45,686 nt of DNA from Bacillota bacterium (GTDB taxonomy: Bacteria; Bacillota; Limnochordia; JAAZLZ01): contig JAAYLE010000124.1 of NCBI GenBank assembly GCA_012522085.1, positions 1 through 45,686 of the forward strand. The letters are read 5' to 3'. The number at the start of each line of letters is the position of its first letter. The first letter of the stretch is position 1. The notes beneath the pieces were generated by a model. It saw only the letters and a program-made list of their open reading frames with translations, ran no database searches and was not told where the DNA came from. The position numbers and the translations under genes are program-made. Of this stretch, positions 16,834-25,813 are shown one piece after another.

Positions 16834-17607
16834 ATGTACTTGAAAGCCATTGTCTGTGATGTCCTTTTCCGAGAGGTCTGCCAATATGCAGCCCTCAGCG
16901 ATCATGTCGTCGAATTGACCTTTCTCCCCCAGGGACTCCATCGGGAGCCGGACTTGCTGCGCAAGACGGTCCAAGAGGAGATCGACAAGACCGAGGATCG
17001 CCACGGGCAGATCGAGGAGAGCAATCAAGTTCTCCGCAAGATCGAGTACGACGCCATCCTTTTGGGGTATTGCCTGTGCAGCAACGGCATCGTCGGACTC
17101 TCGAGCCGCAAGGTCCCGTTGATTGTACCCCGGGGTCACGATTGCATCACCTTGCTTCTTGGCTCACGGGAGAAATACCAGGAGTATTTCAACACCCACC
17201 GGGGGATTTATTGGTACAGCGCCGGCTGGATCGAAAGGACGGTCCCTCCTGGCAAGGGCCGTTATGAACAGATCTATCAAACCTACGTGGAGAGATACGG
17301 CCGGGAAAATGCTGATTACTTGATGGACATGGAGCAGAATTGGTTCAAGGAGTACTCATGGGCCACCTACATCGACTGGGGACTGCCCAAGAGCGACGAG
17401 TACCGGCGGTTCACCCAGGAGGCGGCCGCGTTCTTAGGCTGGAACTACGATGAGCTCAAAGGCGATCCCAGATTGATCCGGGATCTGTTAAACGGGGAGT
17501 GGGACGAGGAGGATTTCCTGAAAGTAGCCCCCGGCGAGGTTGTCAGCCCCTCCTACGATGATTACATCATCTGTTCCCAGTGCCATCGGGCAAGCTCAGG
17601 TCTGTAG
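16834..17607 (+). CDS. DUF1638 domain protein
   Basis: About 257-aa ORF beginning MYLKAIVCDVLFREV, with ...LPQGLH...PRGHDCITLLLGS..., the DUF1638 pattern by eye. ATG 16834 is preceded by GGAGTGGAG. The ORF track start is 16825. Confidence 0.75.
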   Translation: MYLKAIVCDVLFREVCQYAALSDHVVELTFLPQGLHREPDLLRKTVQEEIDKTEDRHGQIEESNQVLRKIEYDAILLGYCLCSNGIVGLSSRKVPLIVPRGHDCITLLLGSREKYQEYFNTHRGIYWYSAGWIERTVPPGKGRYEQIYQTYVERYGRENADYLMDMEQNWFKEYSWATYIDWGLPKSDEYRRFTQEAAAFLGWNYDELKGDPRLIRDLLNGEWDEEDFLKVAPGEVVSPSYDDYIICSQCHRASSGL

Positions 17608-18483
17608 GATGAGCCTTTTCAGCTCTCCCGGGGTGAATCGGTAGACACTGCTGCAAAACCGGCAGGTGACCTCCGTGTCTTGTTGGGCGGCGAGCATGTC
17701 TTCCAGTTCTTCCCGGCCCATGGCGATCAGGATTTGCTCGAGACGCTCCCGGGAACAGGTGCAATGGAAACGAACGGGCATCTGCTCCAAGACCCGCAAG
17801 TTTAGATCCCCTAGGGTCATATGGAGGATCTCTTCGGGCTTCATGCCGCTGTCGATCATTCGGGTGAAGGGGGGCATGTTGGCGAATCGCTCCGTCAACA
17901 GATCGGCTAGTTCTTCCCTTGCCCCCGGCATTAGTTGGATGATCATCCCTCCGGCCGCTCTGACGGAGCCGTCCCGTTCCACCAGAACGCCCAGGACCAC
18001 TGCCGAGGGAACCTGTTCCGAGGCGAGGAAGTAGTAGGCGAAATCCTCCCCCAGCTCTCCGGAAACTAGGGGAACGGTGCCCCTGTAGGGCTCCTTCAGC
18101 CCCAGATCTTTGATCACAACCAATTGGCCCTTGCCCACGGCTCGGGCCACATCTATTTTCCCTTGGGCGTTCGGGGGCAGGTGGACCAGGGGGTTTTCAA
18201 TGTAGCCCCGCACTCCGCCTCGGGCATCGGCATCGGCCATGATGCGGCCTGCAGGCCCATCGCCTAGGACCTGGATGAAGACCTTCTCCTCTCCTTTGAG
18301 CATGGCCCCCATCATCACCGCGGCAGTCATGGTTCGGCCCAAGGCGGCAGTGGCCGCAGGGAGGGTTCCGTGCCGTCGTTGAGCCTCGCTGACGGTCTGG
18401 GTTGCCAGGACGGCAAAACCCCGGATCTCGTCATCTCCGGCCATTACGCGGAGCAAATAGTCGCCAGTCTGCGAGTCGGTCAT
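17596..18483 (-). CDS. hslO: Hsp33 family redox-regulated chaperone
   Basis: 295-aa ORF with the C-terminal zinc centre CTCS...CRFC and the N-terminal Hsp33 fold pattern (DYLLRVMAGDDEIRGFAV). Confidence 0.92.
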   Translation of the reverse strand: MTDSQTGDYLLRVMAGDDEIRGFAVLATQTVSEAQRRHGTLPAATAALGRTMTAAVMMGAMLKGEEKVFIQVLGDGPAGRIMADADARGGVRGYIENPLVHLPPNAQGKIDVARAVGKGQLVVIKDLGLKEPYRGTVPLVSGELGEDFAYYFLASEQVPSAVVLGVLVERDGSVRAAGGMIIQLMPGAREELADLLTERFANMPPFTRMIDSGMKPEEILHMTLGDLNLRVLEQMPVRFHCTCSRERLEQILIAMGREELEDMLAAQQDTEVTCRFCSSVYRFTPGELKRLILQT

Positions 18484-18556
18484 GACTCTTCCTCCTCAAT
18501 GGTGGTGTTACCATTCTACCAAAGGGAAGCCCATTGATACAACTCAAGGAGTGCCA

Positions 18557-19486
18557 TTAATTGTCAATGGCCTGGTCCGATCGGCCCCTGGCAAGATGGG
18601 CTGCCGCCTCTTTCGTGACCAGGACTGACAAGGCCCCAGGGAGGAGTCTTGCTTCCAAAGGCGTGGATGGAACCAGCTCCCCGTCGAGGATTTTCATGGT
18701 CGGCGTGGGGAGGGTGATCCTCACCCACTGGGTTTGATAGACCCTTACTGCGGGGTGGCCAAGGTGGCCGCCCCAGTATACTTTCGGCAGGTTGAGGAGG
18801 ATCTCCGGCTTGGTCATGCGCTCAACCAAGACCACCTCGAAGAGGCCGTCGGCCAGGTGGGCAGTCGGGGCCAGGTGCATGCCGCCGGCGATGTAAGGAG
18901 AGTTCATCACGAACACTCCCACCACTTCCTCCTGTAAAGTGAGCCCGTCCATTTCAATCTTGACTGAGTAGGGTTGGTGTTCCAGGATCGTCTTCAAGGC
19001 GGCGATGAGGAAGGCGGGCGGGCCCTTGATAAAGCTATCTCTGTTTCGCTCAACGTTTTCGATGACTTGACAGGCGATGCCAACGGCCCCCGCTCCTCCC
19101 AGGAAGCGGCTTGCCTCCTGGAGCAAGTCCATCCTGGCCCTTTGACCTTCTTTGAGCAGGGCAACGGCTCCGGAAAGCTCCAAGGGAATGCCAAGCCCCC
19201 GGGCCAGATCGTTTCCCGTGCCCATGGGGATGATGGCCAGTGTCCCATCGGTCCCCGCAAGTCCGTTGAGGACTTCGGCCACCGTGCCATCGCCGCCGGC
19301 GGCGGCAATGATCGGTGTGCCCGCCTCCGCCGCCCTGCGGGCAAGGACCGTCGCTTCGTCAGGATAGCTGGTGCACTCGAGGCAGTAGGGAATATCCATC
19401 CGCTGCAGGAGCTCTTCCAGCAGGGCCAGCCTCCTCCCTGCACCGCCCCGGCCCGCGGTGGGGTTTACGATAAGGTGGACTTTCAC
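18557..19486 (-). CDS. Diacylglycerol kinase-family lipid kinase (YegS/BmrU/DagK type)
   Basis: MKVHLIVNPTAGRGG, AAGGDGTVAEVLNGL and IPMGTGNDLARGLGIP are the DAGK catalytic-domain motifs. Confidence 0.9.
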   Translation of the reverse strand: MKVHLIVNPTAGRGGAGRRLALLEELLQRMDIPYCLECTSYPDEATVLARRAAEAGTPIIAAAGGDGTVAEVLNGLAGTDGTLAIIPMGTGNDLARGLGIPLELSGAVALLKEGQRARMDLLQEASRFLGGAGAVGIACQVIENVERNRDSFIKGPPAFLIAALKTILEHQPYSVKIEMDGLTLQEEVVGVFVMNSPYIAGGMHLAPTAHLADGLFEVVLVERMTKPEILLNLPKVYWGGHLGHPAVRVYQTQWVRITLPTPTMKILDGELVPSTPLEARLLPGALSVLVTKEAAAHLARGRSDQAIDN

Positions 19487-19601
19487 TTTCTTATCCTCCT
19501 GGTCAATTCTCCTCGATTCTTCGGTATGGGCGGGCCGGGCTCCTGCTGTAGATCTTTGCTCGGCGTAGTGGTATAATTAACCCGACTTTGGTGGAAATTG
19601 A

Positions 19602-19631
19602 GCGTGCAGTCCTGGGACTCCACGCCGTTTT
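19602..19631 (+). promoter_or_regulatory. Leader hairpin plus short U-tract upstream of the Dpp-type operon (possible attenuator)
   Basis: GCGTGCAGTC-ctgg-GACTCCACGC (about 9 bp, one C/C mismatch) followed by CGUUUUCC. It lies about 25 nt downstream of TGgTATAAT at 19569..19577. Confidence 0.35.
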
Positions 19632-19654
19632 CCGCGACAATGGGAGGGAGACAA

Positions 19655-21151
19655 ATGGGCAGGCTGGTACGAGTTCTGATCGTGTCCTTAGCCGTGGCTC
19701 TGCTCCTATCCGGAGTTGGTTGGGGAAAAGGAAGATTGGTGGTGGGAGTGCCGGCTGATGTGGACGGTCTCGATCCCCATCGCACCGTGGCGGCAGCTAC
19801 CTTTCAAGTCGTCTGCAACATCTACGACACGTTGGTGGAGGTTACCCCTGACGGTCGACTAGTCCCGGGACTGGCGGCCAGTTGGGAGATCAGCTCTGAT
19901 GGACTCCAGTATACATTCACCTTGCGTCCGGGAATCAAAGTGCACACAGGGCGGGACCTCCAAGCGGCCGATGTGGCCGGCAGCTTCCAGCGGATCTTGA
20001 ATCCAGACACAAACCACCCCCGGGCGGCGGATTATCGGGTGATCGATTCCATTGCGACCCCCGATGTGGAGACGGTCATCTTTCATTTGAAGGAAAAAAC
20101 CCCTGCGTTCTTGTCTAACCTAGCCATGGGCTGGGCGGCGGTGGTGCCTCCGGAGGCCGTCGCGCAGGCCAAATTCCGCCCCATCGGCACTGGCCCCTTC
20201 ACTTTAGCCGATTGGGTGCCGGACAGTCACCTGGTCCTGCGGCGCTTCCCCGACTATTTCCGTCCGGGGGAGCCCCTATTGGACGAAGTTGTTTTTCGGG
20301 TGATTCCCGAACCTGCGGTGGGCATCATCAACCTCAAAACCGGGGCGGTGGATGTCCTCAGTTGGCTGGCCCCGCAGGATGTGGCGGGCGTCAAAGCCGA
20401 TCCCAGGCTGAAAGTAGTGGAAAGCCCCATGAACGGGATTTACTTGCTGGCCCTAAACAATGCCCGGCCGCCCCTTGACGATCGGCGGGTGCGGCAGGCC
20501 ATCAATTTGGCCATTGACAAAGGAGCCATCGTCGATGGCGTTCATTGGGGTCAAGGTCAGGTCATCGGCAGCCACATGCCGCCTGTTAGTCCCTTTTACG
20601 CGGATCTGACGGCCATGTATCCCTACGATCCGGACAAGGCGCGGCGGCTCCTGGCCGAGGCCGGTTATGAGCAGGGGCTTGAATTGACCATTACCCTGCC
20701 CCAGCCTTATGATTTTCACATCCGCAACGGCGAGATCATCGCCCAGCAGCTGGAACGGGTGGGCATTCGCGTTCGCCTGGAAGTGATGGAATGGGGCAAC
20801 TGGTTGGACCGGGTGTATTTTGGCCGCGATTACCAGGCGGCCACCATCGGTCATACAGGCCGGCTCGATCCCGATCCGTTCTTGAATCGCTACGCATCCG
20901 ACAGCCGGGAGAACTACATGAATTACCAAAACCCGGAGTATGATGAGTTGGTGAAGCTGGGGGCGTCCACCCTCGATATGGATGAGCGCTTAAGGATCTA
21001 CCGTCGTCTTCAGGAGATGCTGGCGGAGGATGCGGTGGCCGTTTACTTGATGTCGCCTCATCTAGCCGTTGGGATGCAAGCTAACGTCTCGGGGTGGCAA
21101 ATCTACCCCATTGATATCCTGAACCTTCGCCGGGTTTGCAAGGAAGAATAG
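19655..21151 (+). CDS. ABC transporter substrate-binding protein, family 5 (peptide/nickel, DppA/OppA type)
   Basis: ATG 19655 is preceded by GGGAGGGAG. Signal-like MGRLVRVLIVSLAVALLLSGVGWG. Family-5 pattern (LDPHRT, YDTLVE, GRLVPGLA.SWE). The ORF track start is 19598. Confidence 0.9.
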   Translation: MGRLVRVLIVSLAVALLLSGVGWGKGRLVVGVPADVDGLDPHRTVAAATFQVVCNIYDTLVEVTPDGRLVPGLAASWEISSDGLQYTFTLRPGIKVHTGRDLQAADVAGSFQRILNPDTNHPRAADYRVIDSIATPDVETVIFHLKEKTPAFLSNLAMGWAAVVPPEAVAQAKFRPIGTGPFTLADWVPDSHLVLRRFPDYFRPGEPLLDEVVFRVIPEPAVGIINLKTGAVDVLSWLAPQDVAGVKADPRLKVVESPMNGIYLLALNNARPPLDDRRVRQAINLAIDKGAIVDGVHWGQGQVIGSHMPPVSPFYADLTAMYPYDPDKARRLLAEAGYEQGLELTITLPQPYDFHIRNGEIIAQQLERVGIRVRLEVMEWGNWLDRVYFGRDYQAATIGHTGRLDPDPFLNRYASDSRENYMNYQNPEYDELVKLGASTLDMDERLRIYRRLQEMLAEDAVAVYLMSPHLAVGMQANVSGWQIYPIDILNLRRVCKEE

Positions 21152-21174
21152 AGACCAAAAGGAAGGTCGTGCAC

Positions 21175-22119
21175 ATGCGTGCCTATTTGCTCCGCAAGGC
21201 AGTGGGCATGGTGGTGACCGTCCTTTTGGTCTCCACCATTAGTTTTGTTTTCCTCCAGGTGATTCCCGGGGACCCGGCCCAGGTGATCCTGGGCACAGAG
21301 GCTTCTCCCGAAGCCCTCCAGGACCTGAGGAGGCAGCTGGGACTAGATCGGCCCCTTGGCCTTCGCTACTGGACATGGCTCAGGGGGCTTCTGCGGGGCG
21401 ACCTAGGCGAGTCCCTTCGCTATCAGCGGCCTGTGGTCGAGCTTTTGTGGGAGCGGCTGCCGGTAACCTTAGTCTTGGCTGCCGCCGCAGTAACCTTGGC
21501 CCTGACGGTGGCGCTGCCTATGGCTTTGCTGGCTGCCCGCCACGCAGGCACTCCCGTGGACCTGCTGATAGTCTTGGCCAGTCAGCTGGGGCTTGCCTTG
21601 CCGCCTTTTTGGATTGGTCTGCTCCTCATCATTTTATTCTCCTTGCAGCTCCGTTGGCTTCCCCCCGGGGGCTACGTCTTGCCGGGCGGCGGGAACCCGC
21701 TGGGCTACCTTGTCTTGCCGACCGTTGCCCTCAGCCTGCCCTTAGGGGCTCACCTGATTTGGCTCTTGCGGCAAAGCATCCTCGAAGTAATCGAGCGGGA
21801 CTTCATCCGCACCGCCCGGGCCAAAGGTCTGCCGGAAAACCTAGTTTATTATCGTCATGCTCTAAGAAACGCCCTCATCCCGGCCATGACCGTCCTTGGG
21901 ATCCATATGGGTGCGCTCCTCGGCGGGAGCATCATCATCGAGCAGATCTTTTCTTTGCCGGGACTGGGGCGGCTCGTTCTGTTTGCCGTCTACAACCGGG
22001 ATTGGCCCTTGCTGCAGGGCGGTGTAGTCTTCATCGCGACTGCGGTAGTCCTAATCAATTTCGTCACCGATTTGATCTACGGGTCCTTGGACCCGAGGAT
22101 ATCAGTCACCGACACCTAG
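21175..22119 (+). CDS. ABC transporter permease (DppB/OppB type)
   Basis: MRAYLLRKAVGMVVTVLLVSTISFVFLQVIPGDP is the canonical DppB N-terminus. EAA-like loop IRTARAKGLPE. SD AAGGAAGG. Confidence 0.9.
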   Translation: MRAYLLRKAVGMVVTVLLVSTISFVFLQVIPGDPAQVILGTEASPEALQDLRRQLGLDRPLGLRYWTWLRGLLRGDLGESLRYQRPVVELLWERLPVTLVLAAAAVTLALTVALPMALLAARHAGTPVDLLIVLASQLGLALPPFWIGLLLIILFSLQLRWLPPGGYVLPGGGNPLGYLVLPTVALSLPLGAHLIWLLRQSILEVIERDFIRTARAKGLPENLVYYRHALRNALIPAMTVLGIHMGALLGGSIIIEQIFSLPGLGRLVLFAVYNRDWPLLQGGVVFIATAVVLINFVTDLIYGSLDPRISVTDT

Positions 22120-22134
22120 GGAGGCTGGCAACAC

Positions 22135-22944
22135 ATGCGGGATCGCAACTATCCCCTCCTGATTGGCGGGAATATCGTCCTCCTGATTACCCTTGGCGCC
22201 CTGTTTGGGGGGTACTTGCTATCCCACCACCCTGCCCAGGGAGATCTGTCGGCGAGGCTCGAGGGTCCAAGTCCCGCCCATCCCCTGGGTACCGATCATT
22301 TCGGGCGGGACATCCTCAGCCGCACTTGGCAGGGCAGCCGAATAGCGCTGTCGGTGGCGGGAGGATCGGTCGTCTTAGGATTGCTTGGCGGCCTGGCCGT
22401 CGGTTCCATTGCCGGCCTTTGGAAAGGATGGGGCGGTGAACTGCTCATGCGTCTCATGGATGCCTTGCTGGCTTTTCCCGGGATCCTCCTCGCCATGGCC
22501 TTGGCGGCCGTCCTCGGTCCTGGCCAGTCGACGGTCATCCTTGCCCTGGGCTTGGGGAACATCCCGATTTTTGCCAGGCTGGCCAGGGCCGCGGTGTTGG
22601 TCGTGGAAAAGGAGCAATTTGTCCTTGCCGCCCGGGTATTGGGGGCAGGGACCCTCCACATCTGGTGGCGACACATCCTGCCCAACGGCCTTCCCTCCCT
22701 CCTGGCCCAGGCCAGCCTCAGCTTTGCCACCGCCATCATCGTTGAGGCCGGGCTTAGTTTCCTCGGACTTGGCACCCAGCCTCCCTTGGCCAGTTGGGGG
22801 AGGATGCTCAGCGAAGCGCGGGACTACATGGGGGTTTCGCCTTGGATGGCGCTCTTTCCTGGCCTCGCCTTGGCCATCACCGTCTTGGGGTTTAATCTGT
22901 TGGGCGAGGGAATCCGCCGAGCCCTCAATCCTCGCCGGAGGTGA
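22135..22944 (+). CDS. ABC transporter permease (DppC/OppC type)
   Basis: 269-aa ORF with HPLGTDHFGRDILSR and the EAA-loop region FVLAARVLGAG, typical of DppC. Confidence 0.9.
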   Translation: MRDRNYPLLIGGNIVLLITLGALFGGYLLSHHPAQGDLSARLEGPSPAHPLGTDHFGRDILSRTWQGSRIALSVAGGSVVLGLLGGLAVGSIAGLWKGWGGELLMRLMDALLAFPGILLAMALAAVLGPGQSTVILALGLGNIPIFARLARAAVLVVEKEQFVLAARVLGAGTLHIWWRHILPNGLPSLLAQASLSFATAIIVEAGLSFLGLGTQPPLASWGRMLSEARDYMGVSPWMALFPGLALAITVLGFNLLGEGIRRALNPRRR

Positions 22945-23035
22945 ACCCTTCAGGAGGCGGGGGAATAATCTAGAGGGATAGGGGAGGAATTCTCGAACTA
23001 AGTAGCGGCAGGAATTCCGAGGGCGGGGATCGGCC

Positions 23036-24388
23036 TTGAAGGTGGATTACAGAGAGCTCCTGCAAGAACTGTGGCACCTCGTTGGCTACAACGGGTTTGT
23101 GAGCACCTGCTTGGAGCTGAAGGAGGGCATGCTCTTTTACGAGCGGGATTTGCTCCTGGCAGCGTATGCCAGCGGGCTGGAGACCATCATCGTCTCGGCT
23201 TTGTATTGGGCCTGCCTGGATTCGGTGGATGCCTTGGAAGAGACAGCTTCCTGCGCCGAACGGCTTCTGGGGGATATGCCTGGGCGGCTGCTGCGCCGCG
23301 ATAGTCCCATCGATGTGCAGGCTTTGGTGGAGAGTTTCCTGGCGACCAACGGCTGGGTGCTCGTTGAGCGTTTGCCCATCTACATCGGCACCTTCGTTCA
23401 CTATGGCCGGGGTGATTACAATCTTGATGACAACCCCGACCACACCTTGAGACAAGTCCAATTGGCCCTCAATCGAGGGAAGGACGATCTGGCCCGCGAG
23501 CTTTTCGGGGCCCTTGGGGCGACGGTCTTGCGGGGGGAGCGGATTCGGCCCTGTTGGTGTAAAATGGCCCATCCAAGGCTGTCCATCTGGCTGAAGGGGC
23601 TGGATAACATGGTCAATGCCCTCAAAGCCACCACCCAGTTGTCCTTTCCTTTCGAGGACATTGACCAGGAACGCCGGCGTAAACATAACAACTCCATCGT
23701 CATCGATCTGGAAGCCTTCCGCAACTTGCGCCGTCCTGGAGGCTTCATGGTCATCGGTCAAGACAACCTCCCTCCCCAAGACGAAGTGGATAAAATCATG
23801 GCGGATTACTTTTTTGGGGAGAAATGCCGTCTCCCCTGGGGGGCCCTCAAAGGAATTCGCAAGCATAAACGCCAACTGACTCCTTTGCTTCTTGCCATCT
23901 TGGAAAATGAGCTGCTCCGGGAGCGGGAAATCCAGCAGCAAGCCTGCGGTCCCGTGCTCCTTGCCATCCACCTTTCGGGGAGGCTCCGGCTAAAGGCCGC
24001 CGTCGATCCTTTGATAACCATTTTGACTGAGTGCACCGCCCCAGGCGTCCATCTTGTCCAGACAATCTTTGCTTTGGAGCGGATGGTGGATCTGGCTTCA
24101 GGGAGGCTAGTCGACCTGGCCAGGGAGCGTTCTTCCCTTCTTCTTGACTTGGCCCTGGCGGACATCTTGGAGCATGCCAGCCCTTGCGAACGGGTCTATG
24201 AAGCCCTGGCGACTATTTGGAACCGAAATAACCCCTCGCAGCAACAAGGCTTTCTCATCGGCGCCCTGGTCAATTACGGGGATCCCCGGGCCCTTTCCCT
24301 CCTCGAGGAAGCCCGGAAGGGCGGCGATCTTGAGCTTTGTCGGGAGCTCAACCGTGCCATCGCCAAGCTGCGGACTACTAACCCTTAG
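23036..24388 (+). CDS. Hypothetical protein; the C-terminal half is helical-repeat (HEAT/PBS-lyase-like, possibly DUF1186-like)
   Basis: 450-aa ORF with strong third-position G/C bias like neighbouring genes. Repeat-like segments LKAAVDPLITILTE and GDPRALSLLEEARKGGDLELCRELNRAIAKL. I recognise no catalytic motif. The start (TTG 23036) has only a weak SD. Confidence 0.6.
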   Translation: MKVDYRELLQELWHLVGYNGFVSTCLELKEGMLFYERDLLLAAYASGLETIIVSALYWACLDSVDALEETASCAERLLGDMPGRLLRRDSPIDVQALVESFLATNGWVLVERLPIYIGTFVHYGRGDYNLDDNPDHTLRQVQLALNRGKDDLARELFGALGATVLRGERIRPCWCKMAHPRLSIWLKGLDNMVNALKATTQLSFPFEDIDQERRRKHNNSIVIDLEAFRNLRRPGGFMVIGQDNLPPQDEVDKIMADYFFGEKCRLPWGALKGIRKHKRQLTPLLLAILENELLREREIQQQACGPVLLAIHLSGRLRLKAAVDPLITILTECTAPGVHLVQTIFALERMVDLASGRLVDLARERSSLLLDLALADILEHASPCERVYEALATIWNRNNPSQQQGFLIGALVNYGDPRALSLLEEARKGGDLELCRELNRAIAKLRTTNP

Positions 24389-24405
24389 GGAAGGGGGAGG
24401 GATCG

Positions 24406-25294
24406 GTGGAAAGGAATTATCGCCTTCTATGGGAGCGGGGTGAGCTTGCCAGACGCCGGGAGCAAGCTTTCAGGCATCTTGAGCATTGTCGACTTTGTGG
24501 ACAAGGGTGCGGCGTCAATCGTCTAGGGGGGGAAGTTGGGATCTGCCGCAGTGATGCCAGACTCCTCGTCTCCAGCTGCGGACCCCATTTTGGGGAAGAA
24601 CCTCCCCTCGTGGGACGGAGGGGCTCGGGGACGGTCTTTTTTGCCCGGTGCAACTTGCGGTGCGTGTTCTGTCAGAACTGGGATATTAGCCACCAAGATA
24701 GGGGGTTCGAGACCACACCGGAGGAACTTGCAGGGATGACGCTGGCTCTGCAAGAACGGGGATGTCACAACATCAACCTGGTGAGTCCCAGCCACTACGT
24801 GCCCCAGATCCTCGCCGCCCTAGAGATAGCCTGTGGGGAGGGGCTGAAGGTGCCCCTTGTCTACAATTGTGGGGGTTATGAGTCCTTAACGGCCTTAGGA
24901 CTATTAGACGGCATCATCGACATTTACATGCCCCAATGACCCAGAGATATCCTGGGAGCTCTCCCGCGCCCGGGACTACCCCCAGGTAGTCAAGGCCGCC
25001 CTGCGGGAGATGCATCGCCAAGTGGGCGACCTACAGATAGATGAGCGAGGGTTGGCCGTGAGAGGCCTCCTGGTCCGCCATCTGGTCCTCCCGGAGGATC
25101 TGGCGGGAACGAAAGAGCTGATGGAGTTAATCAGCCGGGAGATCTCTCCCCACACCTGCGTGAACATTATGGCCCAGTATCGCCCTGCTTACCAGGCCAG
25201 CCGCTACCCGAGGATCAACCGGCCCATCACCAGGGAAGAGTATCGGGCCGCTGTGGAAGCTGCCCGGCAGGCAGGTCTATGTCGCTTTGCATGA
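24406..25294 (+). pseudogene. COG1313/PflX-type radical SAM protein, reading frame broken near 24931..24939
   Basis: The N-terminal 176 aa (frame 1) carry CNLRCVFCQN (CX3CX2C) and end ...GIIDIYMPQ-TGA at 24937. The C-terminal homology (NDPEISWELSRARDYPQVVKAALREMHRQVGDLQIDERGLAVRGLLVRHLVLP...AQYRPAY) continues in frame 2, which is open from 24908. GTG 24406 follows SD GGGGGAGGG. Confidence 0.75.
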
Positions 25295-25327
25295 CTGATG
25301 CATTTAGCTACAATTGGACAAATACGT

Positions 25328-25356
25328 TTGTAAAAGACGGTCCCCTGGTGTATACT
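25328..25356 (+). promoter_or_regulatory. Putative sigma-A promoter of the NifU-like gene
   Basis: TTGTAA, 17 nt, TATACT. Confidence 0.45.
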
Positions 25357-25389
25357 GATACCATCTGATTCCCACTGGAGGTGGACTTG

Positions 25390-25611
25390 GTGAAAGAGAA
25401 AGTCAAGGAGGTCCTCGATAGTCTGCGGCCTCACCTGCAAGCGGACGGCGGCGATGTGGAGCTGGTCGATGTCCAGGACGATGGTGTGGTCAAAGTGAGG
25501 CTCAAAGGAGCCTGCGCCGGCTGTCCCATGTCCCAGATGACCCTTAAGAATGGCATCGAGAGGATTTTGAAAGAGAAGGTTCCTGGGGTTAGCTCTGTCC
25601 AGTCTGTATAA
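25390..25611 (+). CDS. NifU-like (C-terminal domain type) Fe-S cluster protein
   Basis: [59 protein letters not shown] is the NifU C-terminal domain with CxxC. GTG 25390 lies 6 nt after GGAGGTG. The ORF track start is 25381. Confidence 0.85.
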   Translation: MKEKVKEVLDSLRPHLQADGGDVELVDVQDDGVVKVRLKGACAGCPMSQMTLKNGIERILKEKVPGVSSVQSV

Positions 25612-25642
25612 TCATAGCCACTATGGGGGAGGAAGGCCAAGA

Positions 25643-25813
25643 TTAAGCGCTGCCTCCCTTTTCCATGCCCGCGGTGATCAATCGATCGACTTCCTCGAAA
25701 AGGGCGAGAAAATCCGAAGAATTCCGGTCCATTGCCAATAGTTGCTCGAATTTTCGTCTTGCCTCGTCGGGATCGTAATGGGGCTTTGACCGCTGGGAAA
25801 GCTCCACCGCCAT
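25643..25813 (-). CDS. Small hypothetical protein (56 aa), below the ORF-track cutoff
   Basis: My own translation gives MAVELSQRSKPHYDPDEARRKFEQLLAMDRNSSDFLALFEEVDRLITAGMEKGGSA. ATG is preceded by AAGGAG at 8 nt. No family recognised. Confidence 0.4.
   Translation of the reverse strand: MAVELSQRSKPHYDPDEARRKFEQLLAMDRNSSDFLALFEEVDRLITAGMEKGGSA

Noticed and set aside
21375-22439. 354-aa plus-strand ORF spanning the DppB/DppC junction in an alternative frame
   Set aside because: The composition is Arg/Pro/Gly/Ala-rich and low-complexity, typical of off-frame ORFs in GC-rich coding DNA. There is no SD, and both overlapped genes have clear family signatures.
22970-23971. 333-aa minus-strand ORF antisense to the 450-aa hypothetical gene
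   Set aside because: The composition is shadow-ORF-like (Gly/Pro/Gln-rich, no hydrophobic core periodicity). The plus-strand frame shows the host codon bias and is coupled to the downstream radical SAM gene.
24931-24942. Programmed +1 frameshift at CAA-UGA-C in the radical SAM gene, by analogy with prfB CUU-UGA-C
   Set aside because: CAA cannot re-pair in the +1 frame (AAU). No SD-like stimulator sits 3 nt upstream. The join also lacks residues that homologues carry, so a small deletion or a sequencing error explains it better.
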